64,000 nt of DNA from Felis catus (taxonomy: Eukaryota), in the NCBI RefSeq assembly GCF_018350175.1, contig NC_058368.1, positions 225,930,001 through 225,994,000 of the forward strand, in the 5' to 3' direction. The notes under the pieces are model-generated. The model was not told the origin of the DNA. It saw only the letters and a program-made list of their open reading frames with translations, and searched no databases. Position 1 is the first letter of the stretch; each line of letters starts with the position of its first letter. Of this stretch, positions 50,311 through 62,852 are shown one piece after another. A program made the position numbers and the translations under genes.

Positions 50311-50507
50311 GGGGGCACCTGGGAGGCTCAATCAGTTGAATGTCCGACTCTTGATTTCAGCTCAGGTCATGATCCCAGGGTTGTGAGATCAAGTCCCATT
50401 TCGGGCTCTGTGTTGCTTGAGATTCTCTCTTTCTCTCCTTCTGCCCCTCCCCTGCTCATGCATGTATACACTTGCTCTCAAATTAAAAAAAGAAAAGAAA
50501 AGAAAAA
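50311..50507 (+). mobile_element. Can-SINE (older type)
   Basis: GGGGCACCTGGGAGGCTCAATC...; CTCTATG on both flanks. Confidence 0.92.
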
Positions 50508-51169
50508 GAGCTCTATGAATTCTTGGCCTTGTGGAATTTAGTTGCTCCTTGATTTTGAATAGAATGCCTGTTCCGCTGGCCATTAATTTCAGGAAACAAG
50601 GCTGTTGTATGATGTGAGAAACAGATATTCTGGATTTAGAGAAAGAACATTGGCATGGACTTGCCCTGGCAGGGCTGGTGACTGAAACAAAGAGATGAAT
50701 AATTAAAGGATCTGTGACAATGACTGCAGAAGATTTTTGAAAATGTTTCCTATGAAAATAATTAAATAACACTTTCTTCCAATCACTCTTGAGCATTTAA
50801 AGATCTGACTTCACTGGGTTTGGGGAAAGACGGTTCTCTCCCTGCCCTCCCCTCTGCTGGCCTCTCCAATAATAAGTGAGCTACTTGTTCATTGTACTCC
50901 ATGGATTTCTGTGTGTTTGTGAACTAAACAGAAGGCAGTCAGAATTTTACAGAATTTTAGTGGCTCTCTATGGACATATGCCACAGGGAAAAACGCTTGA
51001 TAGATTCAGATTGTTTCTATCCTTGAGACCAAGTCCATACGATAGGGCAGCAGCTGGAAGTGATGTGATCAAATCAAGCAGTTGGGTTTGTCAGATCCTA
51101 CCTACTCTGGCTACAGGTACAACCCTTGAACCAATCCAACCATAGTTCTTTTGGGTCAGTTACCTCTGT

Positions 51170-52450
51170 CCCTTTCCCCATCACGACTGTCACTTCTTGC
51201 CCTTCCCTAAATAACTTAGCTCCTGACTCACTCTCTCCATGTGACAACTCCAGTCTCTGTCCTTGGGGATTTCAGAGCCTGTGGAATCTCCCATTTGTTG
51301 ACTTTCACATGCTAATGACGTCATCCTGCTCTATCTTATCCCCCCCCCCATGTCCTTGTGTTTCAGTTTTAAATGCTGCATCTTTCCCACATCCTACCTT
51401 TGTAACTCTCTCCCTCTAGTACCCCGAACCCCACGACCCAACAACTCTGCTAACCCCAAGCTCCTATCATCTTGTCCCAATTCCTTACTTTCCTCATGTC
51501 CTAACTTTACTCCTTCACTTCCAAGATCAATCGTTGAAATCATCCCTTGCCTAAATCTTCAGCTCCCTTGTCTCCCTCTCTAGAATAACAGCACTTCCTT
51601 GCCTCCCTGAACATGGGTGGAGTGCTGGGAGTTGGTGGCACTCTAAAGTCTCATTTGCTGACATGTAGCAGTCCGTGTATGCTCGCTGGCAATCAGGCTG
51701 TTTCCCCATATCATCCACGCTCCTGCTCTCGAGATGACAATCTCCACCTTTCTCCTCTCTTTTCAGACCTCCACATCTCAGCCGATGGCCTTCCTAGATT
51801 TCCCTGAAAAGACTGAAGTAATCGAAGGGGAACCACCATACTTCTCATCACCACACCCTCCCATCCCCCCGTGTGTGTGCCCACGTGACCTCATTTCTCC
51901 TCTCCTCTTATGGAGGACCCATCTCTCTGTGAATATCTCATCCATCGGTGGCTACTTGTGGACATTGCTCCAGATATGTAAAACCCTCTCGAATACATCA
52001 GCAACTTCCCCCAGTCTACTGGGTCATCACCATCAACACACAGGCCTGCTCCCAATTTCTCCATTGCCATAAAAATGAAAAAAATAATCTCTTGAACCTA
52101 TTTCATCTTCCAGCTAGTGTTCTATTTCTCTCCTGTCCTTTACAGAACATCTTCTTGGATGTGTGGTCCATATGCTCCATCTCGTTTTTCTCCTCCAGTT
52201 GAATGGACTTCAGCCAGGTTTGCATCCTTATGCAGGCATCAGAATTACTCCTACCAAGCTTATCCCCGACCTCAACATTGCCAGATCTTTCCTTGACTTG
52301 TCAGCATTTGATACAGTTACTTTATCTCTCCTCCTGAAACACTTTTCACTTGGCTTTCGGGACACTCCATTTGCCTGGTTTCCTACTTTTTAGGCTCCTT
52401 TTTAAGTTTTTTCATGTCCCATCTTCAAATATTGAACTTCCTTCAGGCTC
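51170..52450 (+). mobile_element. L2 internal (ORF2-derived) fragment with endonuclease and RT remnants
   Basis: Pyrimidine-rich strand; VLGDF at about 51259. ORF 52163-52393 contains FLDLSAFDTVTLSLLLKHFSLGFRDTPFAWF, matching the L2/CR1 RT motif LLDLSAAFDTVDH..LG..L.WF. Confidence 0.8.
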
Positions 52451-52529
52451 ATCTCAATTTGTGTAAGAGTTCGATAGCTAATGGGGTTAGTGGCTCCTGC
52501 GTGGGGCAGCACAAGTCGAGAGGGAACAT

Positions 52530-52760
52530 TCTCTGATTAGTGTCATGATTAAGTAAGCTCTGGGTCAGATTGCTTGGATCTGGACTTCTGTCACTCCCCC
52601 GTCCACATACACACATGTATACCTATTAGCTGTTTTCTCATTCCAAGTCAGCTGGAAGTAATGTTAGTACCTGCTTCATGGGGATGCTTTTAGGATTAAA
52701 AGCAGTAATGTAGGCAAAGAGGTTAGCACGAAATAAAAACTCAAACATGATGTATTATAA
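52530..52760 (+). mobile_element. MIR fragment
   Basis: GCTCTGGGTCAGATTGCTTGGATCTG...TAGTACCTGCTTCATGGG..AGGATTAAA. Confidence 0.65.
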
Positions 52761-53875
52761 ATACGGCTGAAATGGCAGGTTTTTCAATCTCTTAAACTGT
52801 TGGAGTTTCAAGTAAGACCTAGTAAACCATATACCTTGCCTACTCTTGTGTTCTATAATAATAAAACAATTGCAACACAATTCCCTTATTGGGATTAATG
52901 CAGTGAGGACTGCTTCCGATAAGAAGCTAGTGGAGATGATTAAATATTAAAAGTGAATTGCCAACATTACTGAAAAGCCCAAATGCAAATGTGGATAAAC
53001 ATGAATGCTGTAAAAGATTGTTCTACTGACTTTGAAGATCCTCACAGTCCTTACTACTTACTGTTCCCTGGATTACAACCAGAGGAACTCAAGCTTTTCA
53101 CGTGACCCCTTGCTCTGGGCTCCATCCAGTATAAGTTTGTTCACAACTGAGCTAGCCAGAAAAGCATTTTCCAAGAAATATTTTGCCAAAGAGCATTTTT
53201 TTTGTGGTATGTTACCAGGACTTCCATAATCAAATATAAATTTCAAAAGTTCTGGATTAAGATCACTTTAAATGGCAGGACTTCTCAAAGTCTCTTCTAT
53301 TCTCATTATGTAGATGATGACCTTCATAAAGTCTTTTCATCAGTGTTTCCCAAACCTATATAATACAGAAGACTTTAACTTTCTCAAACAAACTATCTTT
53401 GCATTATGCTGCTCAGAACACTTTCTGGGATAGAGAATACCACAATTTACATTCTGTCTGTTTCGCTTTACCATTTTATGTTTGAGGCTTACCTTGGTAT
53501 GTGACACATGATAGGTGTGTAATAAATATTTGTCAAAGGAACAAAATATAAGAACATGTTTTCCAATCTTTAAAGACATGTATCAAGAAATACATGATTC
53601 ACAACTATTTATGATCTAATGACTCATCATGGACAGTACTCACTGATATAGGCAACTCCTTTTGTCCCCTATCTAAGCTAATCATTATAAGCTGATCCCT
53701 GAAAGAGGACTCAGTATTTAAAAGTGGGGGGAAAAAGACCTTAGTAATCAATTTGTGTTTTAAAACAAAGTTTCTGGAACTTGTATGTGAGTATTATCAC
53801 TTTAAATAAATGGCTTTGAAAAAGTGTATATTTCATTTCTCAGAGAAGGTTTGGATTACATGGCCGTGAAGTATA

Positions 53876-54470
53876 TCATTCATTCATTCAGCAACTTTGC
53901 ACCTATTCTGTGCCAGGCATTATTTCAAATATCGGTAATCCAGGAGTGAAAAGAGCCGAGAAGTCTTTGTTCTCCGGTGGCTCACAATCTAGTGGGGGAA
54001 AGAGGAGGCAACATATAATTTCAAAAGTAAACAAACTTAGGGCTCCCGAGTGGCTCAGTTGGTTGAGCGTCCAACTTCGACTTAGGTCATGATCTCTCAG
54101 TTCGTGAGTTCAAGACTCGAGTCGGTGAACTTGAGCCCTGCTTTGGCTCTGCACTCTGTCTCCCCCTCTTTCTCTCCCAATCTCTTTGCACCTTGTGGGA
54201 TTTTCTCTGTCTCCCTCTCTCTCTCTGCCCCTTGCTGTCTTTCACTCTCTCTCTCTCAAAAATAAATTAATAAATTAAAAAAATAAAAAGTGAGCAGATT
54301 AAAGGTGAATTAGTTGCAGATTCAGATGCACACTGTTAAGGCAACAACAAAGAAATGAAGTGGAAGGAAGCCAGGGATCAGGAAGCCATCCAGGTACCAA
54401 AGAAAAGACAGGGACAGGGGCAGAGCTAAGGGAGAACATGCCAGCAGAGATGATATCAAAGTCTGAGCAT
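53876..54470 (-). mobile_element. L2 3' fragment split by a SINE
   Basis: TCATTCATTCATTCAGCAAC..CACCTATTCTGTGCCAGGCA, GCTCACAATCTAGTGGGGGA. Confidence 0.7.
54039..54285 (+). mobile_element. Can-SINE variant with a duplicated B-box-like segment
   Basis: GAGTTCAAGACTCGAGTCGGTGAACTTGAGCCC; degenerate TSD AAAAGT.A.CA.A.T. Confidence 0.9.
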
Positions 54471-54599
54471 CACACCCCTGTCTGGAGGCCCCTGGGGAGC
54501 CAAGGAGTGACAGGACTTGAGGGCGACGGGCAGTCACAGCTGCATGGAGGTGGCCGGAAGCTGGGAGTCAGCCGAGATGCGGTGTGGTCACACAGGAAC

Positions 54600-55180
54600 A
54601 GCGGCCCCAGCAGAGAGAGAGGATGTGCAAGCGAGAGAGGGCATCTTACAGATCACTCCTTACGTGGCCCAGATCGCTCACTTCTTCACAGCAGGCTGAC
54701 GCCTGTTAGCTCAATGGCTCGTCAGCCCCAGACTCAAGTCCTCCCATGTCCCATTGTTTTAAACATTCTCCAAGTAAGCAGAATCTTTTGCCATTTAGGA
54801 CCTGGCTTGTTTGCACACCTCGTGAAAATAACCGACATCTCCCAGCCATGTATCAGATGAGACTTGGGCTTATAAAGACCCCAAGTTACCGCTGGGGCAC
54901 GTGGGGAGCTCCCTGACACTTGCTGGCCTGCCCAGTGGTGTCCCTTAGACATGTGAGGCTCTTCTCATCCCCCTCTCCCCTGGCAGTTCCCTTGCCCTTC
55001 TTCTCCTCTTCTGGATGGTGGCCACAACGTTAGAGCCTATGGACAATCTCCTGCTGTGAGGGGCGTCCCTGACCCGGAAACTGCTCAAAGCGGCCCCCGA
55101 ATGAAGCTCATGTGTGCTACTGCCACCTTGTGATCATATCGTCCTCCTTCGTCAGACCTGAAGTCCCTCCCATTCTCTGC
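54600..55180 (+). mobile_element. ERVL-type solo LTR (MER74/MER54-like)
   Basis: TATAAA (about 54871) in CTTATAAAGACCCCAAG; 3' segment AATGAAGCTCATGTGTGCTACTGCCACCTTGTGATCATATC. Confidence 0.6.
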
Positions 55181-56226
55181 AGATGGGGTCACCAGTCAAG
55201 GGCAGCTCTGGTCCAGCTATGGGAGGAGGCGTTTTCTTTACGGAGGCCACAGATCCCAGGCCAAAGGAGGGACCTTGAACCAGAGATATAAAGGGGCTTA
55301 TTCATACCTCTCTCACACACTATGTTTGTGGAAAGGCTGGAGAATCTATTTCTGAAAATCATTTACCACTTCCAATTTTTTTGGACACACTTTGTAGCTG
55401 TAGAAAAATCTACAACCCAGGTGTATTTAGAAATAGGTCTTAAACTCTCGTGTCTCATGTAATAAACTTTTCCCATATCATTAAGTGCTCACATTTTTGC
55501 CGTAATTGGAAAAGATAGTCACTCTTCCAGCCGCCGGTCTCAAACAAACAAATGTGAAGCGTTTGAACATAGCTGCATTAAACTTTTTGTTTATTGCAAA
55601 CTTTGGTCCATTCTCTTATCTTGTAAGATACCACAATTCCAGTTTCTAATCTAATGGCACAGGGATAGTTTAATTCTTCTGGAGCAAGAGGAAAGCTATG
55701 TATAGCATTCAAAAATAAAACAACTTCAACAAAATTGATTTTGTGGGCACAGTGTCTTTGAGGAAGAGAGTTGATCATTAAGCCTAAATGTAAGAGACAC
55801 ACAGCATGTGGTAGTTATAACGGGATTCCCCGCTTAGAGCCCCATGAATACACGTTAGCCATTTTGAGAGTTTCGCGTGTGTGGAACAGAACAAAGACAG
55901 TTAGAAGATGGGCAGGGGCAGGGTGAAATATTCTGCAGAATGAAGGAGAAGTATGAAAGTCAAGCAATGAACTGTTCCGCCAGGTTCGTGGTGTACTGGA
56001 TTAAATGTAACATATGAGGCTATCAATATCACTCTATATCCTTTTTCTTTTTTTTTTTGTCTCTAGCTAATTCCCTCCCCCAACTCTCACCATCTTCAAA
56101 CTCCTACTCCACCACTATGGACCCCTCCGCCGATGATGTGACCTCCTATCGAAAAGAAGATCGGGTATTTGACAAATAGCTTTCACCTCCTTTCCCTTCT
56201 GCTTAGCATTAGAAGTGACTCCTGTC

Positions 56227-56437
56227 GGGGTGTTTGGGGACTCTGGGTTAGGCATCTGATTGTTGGTTTCGGCTCAGGTCACGATCTTGTGGTTCGGTTG
56301 GTGAGTTCAAGGCCCACGCTGGGCTCTGTGCTGACAGTGTAGAGCCTAATTTGGATCCTCTGTCCCTCTCTCTGCCCCTCCCCTGCTCGTGCTATCTCTG
56401 TCTCCCTCAAAATAAATAAACTTTTTTTTTTTCTTAA
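56227..56437 (+). mobile_element. Can-SINE
   Basis: TSD AGAAGTGA(C/T)TCCTGTC at 56211 and 56438. Confidence 0.94.
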
Positions 56438-57525
56438 AGAAGTGATTCCTGTCTCAGAGGAACAGAGATCCAGGGTTGTGTGAAATGCCAACCTCTCTCC
56501 TGGGGTGCTTGATTCACACCGTGACACATATGCCAGACCATGTCCCCTCCATCTGCAATACTCTCTTCTCTGCTGCTTATAAAATGCAAAACTGCTGTCC
56601 TTTGAAAAAATGTGTTTTTTGATTTCAAGTTACTATCCTGCCTCTTTGCTTTCTTTTGAGGCCAGCCTTCATGAAAAAATGTTCCGCTTGCAAACCACTT
56701 TCTACATTCCCATCCATTCCACAGAAGGTTCCGGGGCACGCTCTAACCTCCTCCTCCCGAAACCCTTTGCCAAGGTTATTGCTTGTGTCCCCATGTCCCC
56801 TTAATATCTTATAGCCAGGAAATTTTTCTTACAAATTCTCTTAAAGACTGGGAGACTCTGATAAAACTGGGCAAAAATTTCCATACTGCAACCACTGGCG
56901 GGAGCTTACCCATCCAGATATTGTCACCTACCTGAACTCGTGGACGTGAGCTTATGAGCTGCTCTGTTTTCCGTACTCGTGCACCTGCTGTGATGATGAT
57001 CTGTCCTGTTCCGGTTGGTATCTCTCTGCTCACCGTCTGCCAAACATCAAGAGTCCCTCAGAAGCACATTGTGACATCTTCTGGGATCCAGGACTTACTG
57101 GAACATACTTAAGAAGTAAACTTAATAATGATAATTTACCAAAAGCCTGTCTTTTTGTGATTAGCTGTAAACAAGCGATGGCGTAGGGTTCTGGAGCTGC
57201 CCGGCTCGGCCACTTTGGAATGTTGTTGAGATTCTCAAATCAGTCAGCCTTGATACTCAGGAGCTTGCAAAGACTCACGAACTCAGGCGATGCTCTCTTC
57301 TTCCCTCTGTGTGCCAGCACCTCTCCGAGACTGTGGCTTTCTCTCCGTCTTCACATCCATCACCTTTTTAGCCACCTCCAAACTAGCAAAACTGCCAGGA
57401 TATATATGTGTATGTTTGTACATTTGTATGTGTGTACGTGTGTGTGTATATACACATAGACATGAAACACTGCATTACATACATGTGTGTTATATTTATA
57501 TATCACAAAATTTATCATCTGTTGA

Positions 57526-57720
57526 GGGGTGCCTGGGGGGCTTAGTCAGTTGAGCGGCCGACTTTAGCTCAGATCACAATCTCACGGTTCGTGAGTTAGA
57601 GCCCTGCATCAGGCTCTCTGCTGTCAGCACAGAGCTCGTTTTGGGTCCTCTGTCACCCACTCTCTCTGCTCCCCACCCTGCTCACACTCTCTTTCTCTCT
57701 CAAAAATAAATAAGCATTAA
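57526..57720 (+). mobile_element. Can-SINE
   Basis: Complete body flanked by AAA(A/G)TTTATCAT. Confidence 0.94.
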
Positions 57721-57734
57721 AAAGTTTATCATAT

Positions 57735-57956
57735 GGGGGCACCTGGGTGGCTCATTCGGTTGGGGTCTAACTTTGGCTCAGGTCATGATCTCAAGGTTCA
57801 TAAGTTCAAGCCCCGCATCGGGCTCTGTGCTGACAGCTCAGAGCCTGGAGCCTGCTTGGGATTCTGTGTCTCCCTCTCTCTCTGCTCCTCCCCACTTGTG
57901 TGTGATATCTCTCTGTCTTTCTCTCTCAGAAATAAATAATCATTAAAAGATTTTGT
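57735..57956 (+). mobile_element. Can-SINE (tandem with the previous copy)
   Basis: Complete body flanked by AAAGTTTAT(C/A)ATATG. Confidence 0.94.
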
Positions 57957-58080
57957 AAAGTTTATAATATGTATATATTTATATGTTTCTAATATGCAAG
58001 TTATATCTATATGTAAGATACAGCATATTTATATGATTCATAATATTTATGTACATAATATATAACTTCTCTTTTTATGA

Positions 58081-58089
58081 GTGTGTGTA

Positions 58090-58138
<49 letters not shown>
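58081..58138. repeat. (GT)n(AT)n microsatellite
   Basis: Directly visible. Confidence 0.95.
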
Positions 58139-58140
<2 letters not shown>

Positions 58141-58254
58141 CAGACACTGTAGGTATTGGTATGTCTGTGATCTGGCTACATCAGCAGGTTGTTTACAAAT
58201 TACAGTAACTGGTGAAGTTTTTAATGTTCCTTTTTAAAAATACAGATTCATGGT

Positions 58255-58467
58255 TTTTTTAAAAAAAATTTTAACATTTATTTATTATTGAGAGACAGAG
58301 CATGAGCATGGGAGGGGCAAAGAGAGGAGGAGACACAGAATCCAAAGCAGGCTCCAGGCTCCAAGCTGTCAGCACAGAGCCTGATGTGGGGCTTGAACTC
58401 ACAATCCGTGAGATCATGACTTGAGCTGAAGTCAGACACTCAACCGACTGAGCCACCCAGGCGCCTC
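58255..58467 (-). mobile_element. Can-SINE
   Basis: Complete body; flanks GATTCATGGTTTT / GATTTATGTTTT. Confidence 0.94.
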
Positions 58468-59051
58468 TGGATTTATGTTTTTTTTTTTTGCAGAAAACTT
58501 TGAAAACAAAATAAGAAAAAAAATTATAAAATCATTGTTGACATTTGGATGTATACATTTCATATAATTTAAAAAGTCATTGATTATGAGATTAAGAAAG
58601 ATTAAAAAAACAAGATGAGGAACTTAATAAGATAATAGGGACCCCACCCCTCAGCTCCCAAATAAATCTGGGACACAAAAGTCACAGAACACTGTACAGA
58701 AAGGAACAGAAAAACACTTTAATTCTTAACTTAGTGCTGGGGGAGGAAAGAAAAAAATTCTTCCTTGATCATTTGAATGACGAGTTGTTACATATATGCA
58801 GGCTTGTGGTTTGAAGTCAAAACTCCCATGTGGTTTAAAACTCCTAAAGAAGAGAATTTAATTTAATTTAAAAACTGGCAGAAGCAATTCCAAATTCTCT
58901 CTGGAAGAATTCTGTCAGCAATTGTAGGACACAATTGATTTTCAGGTGCAACCAGGCTTAAAAGAAGAGTGCATCACAGAATAGATAAAATGGTTTATTT
59001 CCAATATATATTTGTGATTTTTTTCTTTAAAATGAGATCATATTCTATATG

Positions 59052-59299
59052 TTTTTTTTTTTTTTTTTTAAATTTTTTTTTTTACTTTTTTTTTCAACGT
59101 TTATTTATTTTTTTGGGACAGAGAGAGACAGAGCATGAACGGGGGAGGGGCAGAGAGAGAGGGAGACACAGAATCGGAAACAGGCTCCAGGCTCCGAGCC
59201 ATCAGCCCAGAGCCCGACGCGGGGCTCGAACTCACGGACCGCGAGATCGTGACCTGGTTGAAGTCGGACGCTTAACCGACTGCGCCACCCAGGCGCCCC
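59052..59299 (-). mobile_element. Can-SINE, youngest feline type
   Basis: Near-identical to 117-340 and 11996-12230, with a long tail. TSD TATATGTTTTTTTT at 59046 and 59300. Confidence 0.97.
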
Positions 59300-59338
59300 T
59301 ATATGTTTTTTTTTTATACAGTGGTTCAGGGCATGATT

Positions 59339-59525
59339 TTTTTTAAAAGTTTATTTATTTATTTTGAGAGAGAGAGAGCGTGAGTAGGGAAAGGCAGAGA
59401 GAGAGAGAGAATCCCAAGCAGGCTCTGGAGCCCAGTGCGGAACTCAATCCCATGAACTGTGAAATCATGACCTGAGCTGAAATCAAGAGTCTGACGTTCA
59501 ACCGACATAGCCACCCAGGCAACCC
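59339..59525 (-). mobile_element. Can-SINE inserted in a MIR
   Basis: TSD AGGGCATGA(A)TTTT at 59328 and 59527. The MIR continues TAGAGTCAGAC...CTCAGTTTCCTCAT to about 60050. Confidence 0.93.
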
Positions 59526-59627
59526 TAGGGCATGAATTTTAGAGTCAGACAACCCTGTGCTCAAACCACAGCTTTTCTACTTACTGGCTCTGTAAGTTCT
59601 TAACCCAAGTACTAAACTTCACAAGTA

Positions 59628-59851
59628 GGGGCACCTTGGTGGCCCAGTTGGTTAAACGTCTGACTTTGGCTCAGGTCATGATCTCACCGTTTGTGGGTTC
59701 GAGCTACCCCCTAGGGCTCTGCACTGACAGCTTGGAGCCTGGACCCAGCTTTGGATACTGTGTCTCCTTCTCTCTTTGCCCCTCCCCTGCTCATGCTCTG
59801 TCTCTGTCTCTGTCTCTGTCTCTCAAAATAAATAAACATTAAAAAAAAAAT
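59628..59851 (+). mobile_element. Can-SINE
   Basis: TSD TAAACTT..CAAGTA at 59613 and 59852. Confidence 0.94.
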
Positions 59852-60156
59852 TAAACTTTAGCAAGTAATTTAACCCAAGCATTTAAGTAAGAAAGTACTT
59901 AAACAAACTACATAACCACTTTTAAGCTCAGTTTCCTCATGAAATTAAGTAGCAATAACACGTACCATCCCAGAGGCTGAGTTTTAATGTAAGCACAGCA
60001 GCTAACAGATAGTAGTCGCTCATGACTCTTAAAAAATATTATCATTATTCTGATTTGTCACTGGGCGATGGGTCACAGCATCTTTCCACTACAGTAATTG
60101 CAGATGTACGCTTTTTGTAGAACTGTCTAATAAGCTGAGAGGCACAATAAGAATGC

Positions 60157-60215
60157 TTCTCTTGTTAAAGACTGTTCCAGTTTTTCTCTTGTTAAAGACT
60201 GTTTCCAGTTTTTCT
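60157..60215. repeat. 27/28-bp tandem duplication
   Basis: TTCTCTTGTTAAAGACTGTT(T)CCAGTTT present twice. Confidence 0.95.
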
Positions 60216-60274
60216 ATGTATAATCAAAGCTGGAACAGAAATCTGTACATACATATTTTGACGTATTGTTGCTT

Positions 60275-60302
60275 TTAAAAAAAATTTAAGGTTTATTTAT
60301 TT

Positions 60303-60344
<42 letters not shown>

Positions 60345-60519
60345 ATGAGCATGAGCATGAGCAGGAAAGGGCAGAGAGAGAGAGACACAGAATCTGAAGT
60401 AGGCTCCAGGCTTCACCTGTCAGCACAGAGCTCAATGTGGGGCTTAAACCTACAGACATTGAGATCATGACCTGAACTGAAGTCAGAGGCTTAACTGACT
60501 GAGCCACCTAGACGCCTCC
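60275..60519 (-). mobile_element. Can-SINE with expanded (GA)n and (GAGCAT)3
   Basis: TSD TATTGTT(G/A)CTTTT at 60264 and 60521. Confidence 0.94.
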
Positions 60520-60576
60520 ATATTGTTACTTTTTAAGAGAAATTTCTAATAGAATACTCACTTTAAAAAAAAAAGA

Positions 60577-60690
60577 CTTTTTTCCCCTTCCTTCCTTCCT
60601 TCCTTCCTTCCTTCCTTCCTTCCTTCCTTCCTTCCTTCCTTCCTTTTTCTTTCTTTCTCTTTCTTTCTTTCTTTCTTTTTTCCTTTCTTT

Positions 60691-60737
<47 letters not shown>

Positions 60738-60808
60738 CTCTCTCTCTCTCCTTCCTTCCTTCCTTCCTTCCTTCCTTCCTTCCTTCCTTCCTTCCTTCCT
60801 CTTTTTTT

Positions 60809-60868
<60 letters not shown>

Positions 60869-60887
60869 TCCCCTCTCCCTCCCTTCC

Positions 60888-60946
<59 letters not shown>

Positions 60947-61014
60947 CTCTTTCTCTCTTTCTCTCTTTCTCTTTCTTTCCTTCCTTCCTTCCCTCCTCTC
61001 TTTTTCTTTCTTTC

Positions 61015-61062
<48 letters not shown>

Positions 61063-61245
61063 TTTTCCTTTCTTTGCTCTTTCTTTCTTTCTTTCTTTCT
61101 TTCATTCTTTCTTTCTTTCTTTCTTTCTTTCTCTGTCTCTCTTTCCTTCCTTCCTTCCTTCCTTCCTTCCTTCCTTCCTTCCTTCCTTCCTTCCTCTTTT
61201 TCTTTCTTTCTCTTTCTTTCTTTCTTTCTTTTTTCCTTTCTTTAC

Positions 61246-61288
<43 letters not shown>

Positions 61289-61353
61289 CTCTCTCTCTCT
61301 CTTTCCTTCCTTCCTTCCTTCCTTCCTTCCTTCCTTCCTTCCTTCCTCTTTTT

Positions 61354-61429
<76 letters not shown>

Positions 61430-61448
61430 TCCCCTCTCCCTCCCTTCC

Positions 61449-61495
<47 letters not shown>

Positions 61496-61598
61496 CTCTC
61501 TCTCTCTCTCTCTTTCTTCTCTCTTTCTCTCTTTCTCTCTTTCTCTCTTTCTCTTTCTCTTTCTTTCCTTCCTTCCTTCCCTCCTTTTTCTTTCTTTC

Positions 61599-61630
<32 letters not shown>

Positions 61631-61663
61631 TTTTCCTTTCTTTGCTCTTTCTTTCTTTCTTTT

Positions 61664-61698
<35 letters not shown>

Positions 61699-61752
61699 CT
61701 GTCTCTCTTTCCTTCCTTCCTTCCTTCCTTCCTTCCTTCCTTCCTCTTTTTT

Positions 61753-61804
<52 letters not shown>

Positions 61805-61823
61805 TCCCCTCTCCCTCCCTTCC

Positions 61824-61862
<39 letters not shown>

Positions 61863-62208
61863 CTCTTTCTCTCTTTCTCTTTCTTTCCTTCCTTCCTTCC
61901 CTCCTTTTTCTTTCTTTCTCTTTCTTTCTTTCTTTTTTCTTTCTTTCTTTCTTTCTTTCTTTCTTTTTTCCTTTCTTTGCTCTTTCTTTCTTTTCTTTCT
62001 TTCTTTCTTTCTTTCTTTCTCTGTCTCTCTTTCCTTCCTTCCTTCCTTCCTTCCTTCCTTCCTTCCTTCCTTCCTTCCTCTTTTTCTTTCTTTCTCTTTC
62101 TTTCTTTCTTTTTTCCTTTCTTTACTCTTTCTTTCTTTCTTTCTTTCTCTCTCTCTCTCTTTCCTTCCTTCCTTCCTTCCTTCCTTCCTTCCTTCCTTCC
62201 TCTTTTTT

Positions 62209-62280
<72 letters not shown>

Positions 62281-62299
62281 TCCCCTCTCCCTCCCTTCC

Positions 62300-62330
<31 letters not shown>

Positions 62331-62461
62331 CTCTTTCTCTCTTTCTCTCTTTCTCTCTTTCTCTCTTTCTCTCCTTCTCTCTCTCTTTCTCTCTTTCTCT
62401 CTTTCTCTTTCTTTCCTTCCTTCCTTCCCTCCTTTTTCTTTCTTTCTCTTTCTTTCTTTCT

Positions 62462-62493
<32 letters not shown>

Positions 62494-62502
62494 TTTCTTT
62501 GC

Positions 62503-62541
<39 letters not shown>

Positions 62542-62596
62542 CTCTTTCTCTGTCTCTCTTTCCTTCCTTCCTTCCTTCCTTCCTTCCTCTTTTTTC

Positions 62597-62651
<55 letters not shown>

Positions 62652-62670
62652 TCCCCTCTCCCTCCCTTCC

Positions 62671-62702
<32 letters not shown>

Positions 62703-62813
62703 TCCTCTCTTTCTCTCTTTCTCTCTTTCTCTCTTTCTCTTTCTTTCCTTCCTTCCTTCCCTCCTCTCTTTTTCTTTCTTTCTCTTTCTTTCTTTCTTTT
62801 TTCCTTTCTTTGC

Positions 62814-62852
<39 letters not shown>

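Noticed and set aside
53150..53440. Possible hAT-Charlie (MER-type) fragment
   Set aside because: CAGTGTTTCCCAAAC is suggestive, but the family and ends could not be established.
117..60519. tRNA-like A/B boxes and recurring short ORFs ([15 protein letters not shown]..)
   Set aside because: These are tRNA-derived Can-SINE heads and their chance translations, not tRNA genes or a protein family.
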